Shown piece after piece: positions 1 through 7,702 of a stretch of 64,000 bases of DNA. The notes under the pieces were generated by a model. It was not told the origin of the DNA and did not search any database. It saw only the letters and a program-made list of their open reading frames with translations. The DNA comes from a virus: IMG/VR virus record IMGVR_UViG_3300001847_000440; one strand, given 5' to 3'. Position numbers and translations under genes: made by a program. Positions within the stretch are counted from its first letter, which is position 1. Each line of letters starts with the position of its first letter.

Positions 1-3000
1 ATCAGAACGTATATCAACTATATTTTGTTTCTGATTAATAAGGTCATAAAAAGCCTGCCCAGTAGTGAGCTGTGTTTTACTAAGAGTTCTTCCTTCTGCA
101 CCTATAATTTCAAGCTTTTTTTGTGGAGAAATAATGTCTCTTATATTTCTAATCCTTCCCCATTCTTCCCAATACTTAGTATTTAGATTTTCAAACCTTT
201 TGTACAAATCTTTTGCATTATTTTGTACATCTGCTATACGTCTATTTAAAGCTGCACCTTCTTCTGTATTTTTGTCAAAAAAATCTACAAAATCAGTTAA
301 ATTACTGTATAATCTCAAATCATCTAATGCTTCTACTACAGGTAAAAGCATGTTATTAAATTCTGATGTTGTTTTTATTTTGCTAAAATCTGTTTCATTA
401 AATATTTTATTTAAGTTATCTACAGACTTTACCATTTCATTATTAAATAACTCAGCATGGTCTAACATAGGTTCAAAAGACTTTGATAGCTGAATCATCA
501 GTATAGCCTTTTGTAAAGTCTTTATTTTATTTTCTCTAACCAGTCTTTCTTGTTCAGGTACTTTTTTCTCTTTACTAGCATTTAATAAACCAGTCAGTCT
601 TTGTACGAGTGTATCTATTTTCTGATCACCACTTTTTTCAGAACTGGTTACATAAGGAAGAAGAAAATCAGTAGTTTCATTTTTATATTGAGTAGTGCCT
701 ATATCCATAGCAAGCACTTTTCCTTCTTCTCCTTTTTTTGAACTATATTTAACAGCTACTGGTACTATACGTACATTTCCTATGTCTTTTATACCGTATG
801 CATTTTTTAAAATATCTACATAGTTCTCCATTTGTATGTCATAAGACTTCTTCATATAGTCTCTAATTGATTCATTTCTTTCAAGTGAACCAATAAACTT
901 CCAATCATAAAGATGTACTTTACCAGATGGCTCTATAGCCATCCAATCAATGGTACCTGCTAGTCCTTTTTTACCATCTATTACTCTATTAGGATCATAT
1001 ACTTTAGTTTCCCACATAAATCTTGTTCCTTCTGGAAACTGATCTACAAGACCAGGTACTTTTTGGTTTATCTCATTTGTATACCCAAGAATATGGTCTT
1101 GTAGTTTATTATAAAAGAATCTGTCATTTTCATCCTTAAACCTTTTTGTGTCTACTTCTTTTACAAATATATTGTCACTATTATCACGGTGTCTAAGACC
1201 TGTTTTTTTATCAAAAGCCCTGTCCATTATATCTTCTATATGACCATGACTTTTTATACCAAAGGCTTTCTTAAGTTCATTTAGAGCAGCTAAAATTTTA
1301 TCTTTTAGGTATTCTTTACTTCTGAATATTTTTTCTAAAAACTTATGAGACAAATCAGTTACTCTATTAGGAATAGTTTCTCCTGTTGCTTTAGTTTTAT
1401 AAAAACTATTACCTTTTGTATCTTCTACTTTATCTAAAGTATTAGCAGAAAGTTTGTTAAAATTTGTTTCTCCTTGTTTCTTTTCATCCTTATCTCTTAA
1501 CTGATAATACATAAACTCTGGTCTAACATAGGACCTATCATTTGGATTAGTATCTCTATAATCCAACTGGTCTTTTTCTCTGGTAAACCACCTTGCTTTT
1601 TCTTCTTCTGGGTTAAGAATGAGTTTACCAAAAAAGATATCCTGCCAGGATGCAAATTCATTTACAGCCCTTCTTTGTTTGTTATCTTCTCTATGAAAGA
1701 AATCAACATTGAACACTTTGTCTGCAGGTGCATTATCCCATTTACCCCTATACACTTCTTTACCTGTAGAATCTCTAAGAACAAGGTCTTCTATCATCTG
1801 AGACCCCCAATCTTTTCTTTTTTTTGCCTCTACTGTATACCCTTCTGCAGGAACCATATAAGCATAAGTACCATAAACAGCATCTGTTTTTTTACTTTTA
1901 CTAAATATACCATTATGAGTAGGTATAGCATTCATACCTTTCATAAAACTATCCATACTTTGTAAGTTAAAGTCTTCTCCAACTACAAAATCAAGATCAT
2001 GTATAGGAGTTTCTGTTGGTCTAAATATAGTTTCTCCCTGTCCTGCAACAGCTAAAGACCCAGATAGTTTAAAACCAAACTCTTTAGTAAATAAATCTAT
2101 TATTTTAGTAGCATGTGCATTATTTGCAAGTGCTTTTCTATAGTTTAGTTCTTCTCTTTTTGGGTCCCCCTCACCAACAAGAGAAGTATCCATTTTTACA
2201 ACAGCATCAGCTATATAAGAAGACATTGAGTGTAACTTCTTATCTGCCTTAAATTGTGCCATTGTTTTATTATCCCTGATAAAACCATCAAAGAATTCTT
2301 TTATTTTGTCTACAAGCTTTTGCCATATATTTTTATCTGGTACATCACCTACTTTCCATTTATTGACAATTGCATCTGCAATAAGTTTATCTATAGCTTC
2401 TTTTTTTACTTGCTCTATATTGTTATAAATAGGCATGTACTTGTCATATACAGACTTAAAAATACTATGATTCTCAATATTGTTAAGCATTTCTCTTATA
2501 ACAGGATGATTTGCTCCCATAAGCATGCTGAGTATATGGGATGACTCTTCGGCTATAGTATCAAGTTTCCGGTCTTTGGAATAGTAAATCATTTTGTTTA
2601 GAATATCAGCCACACCAAGTGTGTCTATACCAAACCTTTTTTTCATGTCTTCTATCTGTTGTGCTTTTACTCCCCAGGTAGACATGTAGTTAAGTAAATG
2701 ATCATCTAAATCTTTATTAGCAGATTGTGTTTCAGTTGAAGATAATTGATGAAACAATCTTTCTTTTCCTACACCTAACTCATGTTTAATAATATCTGCA
2801 GTGTGTGTAGTACGTTCTGTATCAGTAGAAACTATAACAGATATATTTTTAGACTGCAACTCTTTTGCTGTACTAATAGCATCTTGTATTCCTTTTTCTG
2901 TAAGAGGAGTGTTTGCTGTTGACAGTTCTCCTGTAACATTTTTTTGAGACTCTCCATGTCTTATAAGATAGATATTTTTATCACCTACTACCAAATGCTC

Positions 3001-4356
3001 AATATGCCCATTGTCTATAATATTACTATTAAATTTGTCTTCTGGAACATTTTCATCTAAATAACCATTCTCTTTCCAGGTTTTTAAAAGTGATATAGCA
3101 GTACCATGTGTAACTATAGCAGAGTTATCTGGTAAATCGGCAGCAGCAGATAAAAAATTATTAATAGTATTGTTTTTAAAGCTGCTAAAGTTTTCCCCTT
3201 CTTGTATATCTCTTATTTCATTTACTTTCTGTTTTAATTGTTTCTCATCATAAGATCCTTTAGCAAGTTCTTCAGTTACTTTTGTAAAAGGATTGCCTTG
3301 AAAAAAGTCTTTTAAGAATGACTTTATTTTATCCCACCAGGTTTGTGTTTGTTCAAGTAATTTACTTGTAGTGTCTGATGAACCTTCTAGTTGTTCTGCA
3401 TAATACTCATTAAGTACTTTACCTATTGTTTCTTCTTTTAGTTTTGTTACATTTAATTTACCATCGGGTGTTTGATACTCTTTTAAATTACCATATTGTG
3501 CTACTACATCTTCATATAATTTATAAGAACCTATTCTGTTCATCATTTGAGAATAAAGTCCTGGGTTTTTTTCTTTTACTATTTGAGTAACAATATGCAT
3601 ACCTGCTTCTCCAATAGCAACATTTTCATTTCCATCTACAACTCTTACAATTCTATTTACTACATCTACAGATTCATTGGCATCAATAAAATTACCCATT
3701 TCATCTTTTATACCTTTTACTGTAGCATCATAGTCTACTCCCATGTTTTTAAAATGTTGTTTCCATTTGTCAACAGTTACAGTAGAAAGCTCTCTTGCAT
3801 TTTGTCTGTCCTTTTGGAAAAAAACATTTTCAGGATCAACTTCAATTCTTAATCCAGTTGAATCCATATGTACTTTTGCACCTAGTGACTCAAGATATCT
3901 TTTTCTTGCACCTGCTTTTTGTATATCACCAAGTACATCCATATCTTCTTTATAAGTACGTTGAAAGTCCCCCTCAAACCTCTTTGTAAAAAATGTACCT
4001 TCGTTAAACAAAGATTTGTTCTCACCTTTGTCATTAGTAAACATACCATTTCTTAGGACAGGTTCATCATTTTCGTCTTTTACACCATTTTTAAACCATG
4101 CATCAAAAGAATCTGTTTTTGTCTTAATATACAAAGCAAGTGCTAGATGCCTATTATTATCAACATCACCTACTATATCATTTTGCCAACTACGAAAAGA
4201 CTCTCTCAAATTTTCAAGTATATCTTTTGGAAGACTTGTTATAAAGTCTAATACCTGTTTGTAAAGATTTGATTCTTTACCATTTTTGGCATAAACAGTA
4301 CTAACCATTTTGCCACTTTCTCTAACAAGCCCACATTCTGAACCCCAGATTGCCAT
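1..4356 (-). CDS. Giant polyvalent virion/ejection protein, 3'-truncated (>1452 aa): two zincin-like repeats, permuted His-phosphatase, nucleotidyltransferase, PD-(D/E)XK nuclease
   Basis: Hand translation from ATG at 4356 (MAIWGSECGLVRESGKMVSTVY...), 1 nt after the stop of 4358..4756, stays open to base 1 (...NIVDIRSD). It is absent from the ORF track, presumably because it has no stop in the window. Motifs: AIGEAGMH, IVTHG...LIRHGES, IAEESSH, LSGSLA...HDLD, AGTIDW...YDWK. Confidence 0.9.
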   Translation of the reverse strand, partial: MAIWGSECGLVRESGKMVSTVYAKNGKESNLYKQVLDFITSLPKDILENLRESFRSWQNDIVGDVDNNRHLALALYIKTKTDSFDAWFKNGVKDENDEPVLRNGMFTNDKGENKSLFNEGTFFTKRFEGDFQRTYKEDMDVLGDIQKAGARKRYLESLGAKVHMDSTGLRIEVDPENVFFQKDRQNARELSTVTVDKWKQHFKNMGVDYDATVKGIKDEMGNFIDANESVDVVNRIVRVVDGNENVAIGEAGMHIVTQIVKEKNPGLYSQMMNRIGSYKLYEDVVAQYGNLKEYQTPDGKLNVTKLKEETIGKVLNEYYAEQLEGSSDTTSKLLEQTQTWWDKIKSFLKDFFQGNPFTKVTEELAKGSYDEKQLKQKVNEIRDIQEGENFSSFKNNTINNFLSAAADLPDNSAIVTHGTAISLLKTWKENGYLDENVPEDKFNSNIIDNGHIEHLVVGDKNIYLIRHGESQKNVTGELSTANTPLTEKGIQDAISTAKELQSKNISVIVSTDTERTTHTADIIKHELGVGKERLFHQLSSTETQSANKDLDDHLLNYMSTWGVKAQQIEDMKKRFGIDTLGVADILNKMIYYSKDRKLDTIAEESSHILSMLMGANHPVIREMLNNIENHSIFKSVYDKYMPIYNNIEQVKKEAIDKLIADAIVNKWKVGDVPDKNIWQKLVDKIKEFFDGFIRDNKTMAQFKADKKLHSMSSYIADAVVKMDTSLVGEGDPKREELNYRKALANNAHATKIIDLFTKEFGFKLSGSLAVAGQGETIFRPTETPIHDLDFVVGEDFNLQSMDSFMKGMNAIPTHNGIFSKSKKTDAVYGTYAYMVPAEGYTVEAKKRKDWGSQMIEDLVLRDSTGKEVYRGKWDNAPADKVFNVDFFHREDNKQRRAVNEFASWQDIFFGKLILNPEEEKARWFTREKDQLDYRDTNPNDRSYVRPEFMYYQLRDKDEKKQGETNFNKLSANTLDKVEDTKGNSFYKTKATGETIPNRVTDLSHKFLEKIFRSKEYLKDKILAALNELKKAFGIKSHGHIEDIMDRAFDKKTGLRHRDNSDNIFVKEVDTKRFKDENDRFFYNKLQDHILGYTNEINQKVPGLVDQFPEGTRFMWETKVYDPNRVIDGKKGLAGTIDWMAIEPSGKVHLYDWKFIGSLERNESIRDYMKKSYDIQMENYVDILKNAYGIKDIGNVRIVPVAVKYSSKKGEEGKVLAMDIGTTQYKNETTDFLLPYVTSSEKSGDQKIDTLVQRLTGLLNASKEKKVPEQERLVRENKIKTLQKAILMIQLSKSFEPMLDHAELFNNEMVKSVDNLNKIFNETDFSKIKTTSEFNNMLLPVVEALDDLRLYSNLTDFVDFFDKNTEEGAALNRRIADVQNNAKDLYKRFENLNTKYWEEWGRIRNIRDIISPQKKLEIIGAEGRTLSKTQLTTGQAFYDLINQKQNIVDIRSD
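690..1260 (-). other. PD-(D/E)XK nuclease domain (RecB/Cas4-like)
   Basis: WETKVY...LAGTIDWMAIEPSGKVHLYDWK...YDIQMENY matches the E, D, DxK and QxxxY motifs. Boundaries approximate. Confidence 0.8.
1600..2150 (-). other. Pol-beta-like nucleotidyltransferase domain
   Basis: FKLSGSLAVAGQGETIFRPTETPIHDLDFVV (GS...DxD), with a later VDFF as candidate third acidic residue. Boundaries approximate. Confidence 0.6.
2770..3200 (-). other. Circularly permuted histidine phosphatase (PGM-like) domain
   Basis: GENFSSF...AIVTHGTAISLL...IDNG (canonical C-terminal half) precedes IYLIRHGES...PLTEKGIQDA...STDTERTTHTA (canonical N-terminal half). Confidence 0.8.
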
Positions 4357-4357
4357 A

Positions 4358-4756
4358 TTATTTGGAATTATCTTGTAATGTTCTAAAATTAAGTTTATTC
4401 AGGTGCAGAGTCTCTCCCTGACCTTCTACTGCCGGCAACAAAGTTAGATGGTTTTGCACAGCTTTCATGATCATTTCACCTGGTTCATTTGTTAATGGTG
4501 GTGATACAGTAATGCCCCATTGCCCATCTGGTTTATGTGCCAGAGAATACCGGTGTACAATAGCTTGTTTTTGTTCTCCAAATACCTGAAGTATACCACC
4601 AGGTAAAAACCTAAGTGATACATGTGGGTATTCCACACATAAGTACTCATTTCGGGTAAGTTCTTTGAGTAACCATCTTTTGCCTAGTACACTGTCATCT
4701 AATACAGTTGGCTGAAAGTTTGCAGCATTTTCTGCTGCAGATAACATCTTGGCCAT
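4358..4756 (-). CDS. Hypothetical protein (132 aa), possibly a beta-barrel
   Basis: ORF track; abuts its neighbours (0 and 1 nt gaps); alternating beta-strand pattern. Confidence 0.7.
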   Translation of the reverse strand: MAKMLSAAENAANFQPTVLDDSVLGKRWLLKELTRNEYLCVEYPHVSLRFLPGGILQVFGEQKQAIVHRYSLAHKPDGQWGITVSPPLTNEPGEMIMKAVQNHLTLLPAVEGQGETLHLNKLNFRTLQDNSK

Positions 4757-7132
4757 TTATTTACCTTTTTTCATTTTGTCAAACTCTTCTTTAGCTTTGT
4801 CTATACCTGATTTGTCTATCAGTATGCCATAGCCTTTTACCTCATCTGCTATTTTTTCCATTTGTGATTTACAATCCTCAAAAGAATTGCCGGCCACTGC
4901 AATACACCCTACTTCTGGTTCCGGGAAGTTGTTAAGATTTAGAGTAGTGGGCAAATCATCTACTTTCATAGCATTAACAAGACATATATTTTCTTTGTAT
5001 TTTTCAGGAAAGTACAAAGTCTGGTAGTCTGCCAGATAGTTATCAGATTTTATACTCAGATATAATCCACATTTTGCTTTTGGTTTAATTTCAATTATCT
5101 CACCATTAGCTATTCCCCATACAATTTCTCCAAGATTATCAAACATTAATGGGTACAATGGACTTGGTGGAAGAGGAAGCCGACAGTTACCTGACCAAGT
5201 AGGTTTTCCTTGTCTTCTTACATAAAGAGTTTCATTTGGTACATTAACACAATAAACTAATCCATTATAGTCTATTTCTTTAATATACCTGTCTTTTCTT
5301 GCACCTGTCTCAAACCAATATTCTTTTCTTGAGCAATACTCTGTTATTATATAACAATCATGGTTTCTTGTATAACTTTTCTTTCCTTCTATTTCCATAA
5401 GAGTACCTTTACCTTTGTTACCCTTTGATATATTTGCACAAGATCCTATTTTTAATATACACTCTTGAAGATCGTCAGCCATTCTTTTTGAAGTAGTAAA
5501 ATACCTTTTTCTAGAAATAACTCCATTTTTATACTCAGTATTTCCATCACCTGCTCTATAAGCATCAAGAAAAGCTTGTATTACAGGTATATCTGCTTGT
5601 TTTATGTAGTCTGGTATATATTTTTCATTACATTTGCCAAACTTTTTAAGTTCTACAAGTAATTGAGTACTTTGTATCTGGAAACCAGTATTATGCTTTC
5701 TATAATTAAAAGGTAATCTATTAAGAATCTCTTCTATAACATTTCTTTGGTCTTTTTTATGTTGTGTTATTGTAACATGACCATGACCAATACTCCCCTC
5801 AGATAAATACCAAGCAAGTAAACTTGCCCAATCTTTCATTTTTATCTTTAAAGCAATATTATGATAAACTTTATCACAAACTTTATAACCACCTGCTCTT
5901 GAGCTGTTCCACTCCCATTCTTTATGGTATTCTGGTAGCTCAAAATACTCCTCATTATACCCTATCCATTTTGCTGTCCTGGGTATATATCCTTTATCTT
6001 TTAAACTATCTGCTCTTTCCCTAATTATATTTTTTTTGTGCCTGTCATAGTGGATAATAGTATGGTTGGGTGTAACTAATTGATCATAAGATTTTTTATC
6101 ATTAGTCAGATTTATCATTTTTCCACTATAAGGATACTGAATATAACCACTTGCATAATGGTATTCTATTTGCTTTGTATCAGTATTTAAAGTTGCAAAT
6201 TTGTCTTCTGCTATACAATCTTTAAATAATTTCCAACCAGCTTCAGTAAGAACTTCTGTATCCTCAGAAAAACAAGTCATATCTATGAGGTAATTTTCAC
6301 CTCCTTTTGTAGTACGTACTTCAGTAGAGAAAAATCCTTTATAGCCATATTTTTTCATAAGAGGTGCTATAGCATCAGTTGTTTTCATTACCCCAGGTGT
6401 AAGATCTGAGTAGTTAATCAGCTCTCCATAGTAGGCTTTGTTCTTTATCTCTGTACCTGCTAACACTGTTTTGGGGTATTTACCATCTACTGTGTAGATA
6501 TCAATCCCTTCTTCTACTATGGCATCTATAGGGTCTTCTATGATGAACTCTATAGTTTCAGCCATAGGGCCCATCTGATGCTCCATTTTGTCAAGTATTA
6601 CACATGATACCTGGTATGTGTCATGATGAAAGCTTTCTACCAACCTACGGTAGCTAGATACTTTCACATACTTATTCTCCTCCTTCATAAGAGTTTCTCT
6701 TAGAGCATTCATTCCCACAACCCTTTTCATTGGATTAACATCCATGCCAAGAGCTTTGAACTGCTGCTTACACTGCCACCTGTCCAGCTCAAGAGTCTGT
6801 CCTTTACCTGATCCACACACCGGATAACCAAGTTGCCTCAGGTGCTCCATAAGGTCTCCTTGGTAGCAATCTGTGAACAGAATAATATCTGCCTTGTCAA
6901 GATTGTCAAAAAAGCTACTGACCATTCTAAATGGTTTACCATTATAGCTGTCTAACATCTTGTTGTTTTTCCACTCACTACCAACCCTGGCTTTATCTGG
7001 TTTGGGAAAACCAGAATAGTCCCACGGCAGGTAATACAGAACTTCTTTGTAATGATCAGCCAAAGCAAGACAGAATGGAAAAAAGGTACCACTGTCAAAA
7101 CACAAAATTGTTTTATTTTTAGTATTTGCCAT
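4757..7132 (-). CDS. PurD-fold ATP-grasp ligase (428 aa after splicing) interrupted by an intein
   Basis: Extein resembles the GARS/ATP-grasp fold: TILCFDSG, GYPVCGSGKGQTLELDRWQCKQQF, YVKV, FIIEDPID, GYKGFFSTEV...YLIDMT|CR. PurD substrate motifs (QDHKR, GPNTGGMG) are absent. Confidence 0.8.
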   Translation of the reverse strand: MANTKNKTILCFDSGTFFPFCLALADHYKEVLYYLPWDYSGFPKPDKARVGSEWKNNKMLDSYNGKPFRMVSSFFDNLDKADIILFTDCYQGDLMEHLRQLGYPVCGSGKGQTLELDRWQCKQQFKALGMDVNPMKRVVGMNALRETLMKEENKYVKVSSYRRLVESFHHDTYQVSCVILDKMEHQMGPMAETIEFIIEDPIDAIVEEGIDIYTVDGKYPKTVLAGTEIKNKAYYGELINYSDLTPGVMKTTDAIAPLMKKYGYKGFFSTEVRTTKGGENYLIDMTCFSEDTEVLTEAGWKLFKDCIAEDKFATLNTDTKQIEYHYASGYIQYPYSGKMINLTNDKKSYDQLVTPNHTIIHYDRHKKNIIRERADSLKDKGYIPRTAKWIGYNEEYFELPEYHKEWEWNSSRAGGYKVCDKVYHNIALKIKMKDWASLLAWYLSEGSIGHGHVTITQHKKDQRNVIEEILNRLPFNYRKHNTGFQIQSTQLLVELKKFGKCNEKYIPDYIKQADIPVIQAFLDAYRAGDGNTEYKNGVISRKRYFTTSKRMADDLQECILKIGSCANISKGNKGKGTLMEIEGKKSYTRNHDCYIITEYCSRKEYWFETGARKDRYIKEIDYNGLVYCVNVPNETLYVRRQGKPTWSGNCRLPLPPSPLYPLMFDNLGEIVWGIANGEIIEIKPKAKCGLYLSIKSDNYLADYQTLYFPEKYKENICLVNAMKVDDLPTTLNLNNFPEPEVGCIAVAGNSFEDCKSQMEKIADEVKGYGILIDKSGIDKAKEEFDKMKKGK
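5186..6274 (-). mobile_element. Intein (363 aa) with LAGLIDADG homing endonuclease
   Basis: N-terminus CFSEDTEVLTEAGW; LAGLIDADG blocks LLAWYLSEGS and FLDAYRAGDG; C-terminus VYCVNVPNETLYVRRQGKPTWSGN followed by extein Cys+1. Confidence 0.93.
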
Positions 7133-7138
7133 AATATT

Positions 7139-7702
7139 TTATAATAAGTAACATATTAGTCTTTGCAATATTAGTATTGCTTTTTTCATCTTTTCCATAG
7201 ACAACTCAGCTTTACCATGCCAGTTATCATTTGGGCACTCTATTGGTATTATAAAAGAAAGGCCGGGTATTTTCTTTTCTGCCCACTGATCCATTTCATC
7301 TGCTTCTTCAGGGTCCCCGGTATACTCACAAAAGTAAAACTTAAATCCTTCCCATTCAAGAGTATTAAGTATTTCTGCTATTCCTTTTCCGTATAAATTC
7401 TCAATACCAACATCTACATTCTTATACCTATCACCAGCACACACATCTACATTGATAACAAAATCTTTTTCCGGATCAAGCTCAGGAAAATCTACAGCAT
7501 AAGCAAACTCCTCATGATTGTTGTGGAAGATTTTTATATCACCTACAGATAAAGCATGTTGTATAGATTGGTTAGAATAAACAGCACTGTACATACACAG
7601 CACACCTGCAAAGTTATCTAATAGACCTTGCAGGGTGCCTTTATTATTTGTAAGAGGAATATCTGTTCTTACTACATCTGTATGTGCTGATAGTACTAAC
7701 AT
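7139..7702 (-). CDS. Minimal clan-MH (M28/M42/M20-like) dizinc peptidase/amidohydrolase
   Basis: Candidate metal ligands appear in the expected order: SAHTD, GLLDN, HEE, VNVD, NWH. The start overlaps the RNAP stop by 7 nt. Confidence 0.8.
   Translation of the reverse strand: MLVLSAHTDVVRTDIPLTNNKGTLQGLLDNFAGVLCMYSAVYSNQSIQHALSVGDIKIFHNNHEEFAYAVDFPELDPEKDFVINVDVCAGDRYKNVDVGIENLYGKGIAEILNTLEWEGFKFYFCEYTGDPEEADEMDQWAEKKIPGLSFIIPIECPNDNWHGKAELSMEKMKKAILILQRLICYLL

Noticed and set aside
1-4357. Apparent 4.3-kb gene desert, or recoded region, in the ORF track
   Set aside because: It is a single open minus-strand frame that runs off the window edge without a stop codon.
4757-7132. Annotation as purD (auxiliary purine biosynthesis gene)
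   Set aside because: Only the fold is PurD-like; the GAR/glycine-binding signature motifs are missing, so no gene symbol was given.
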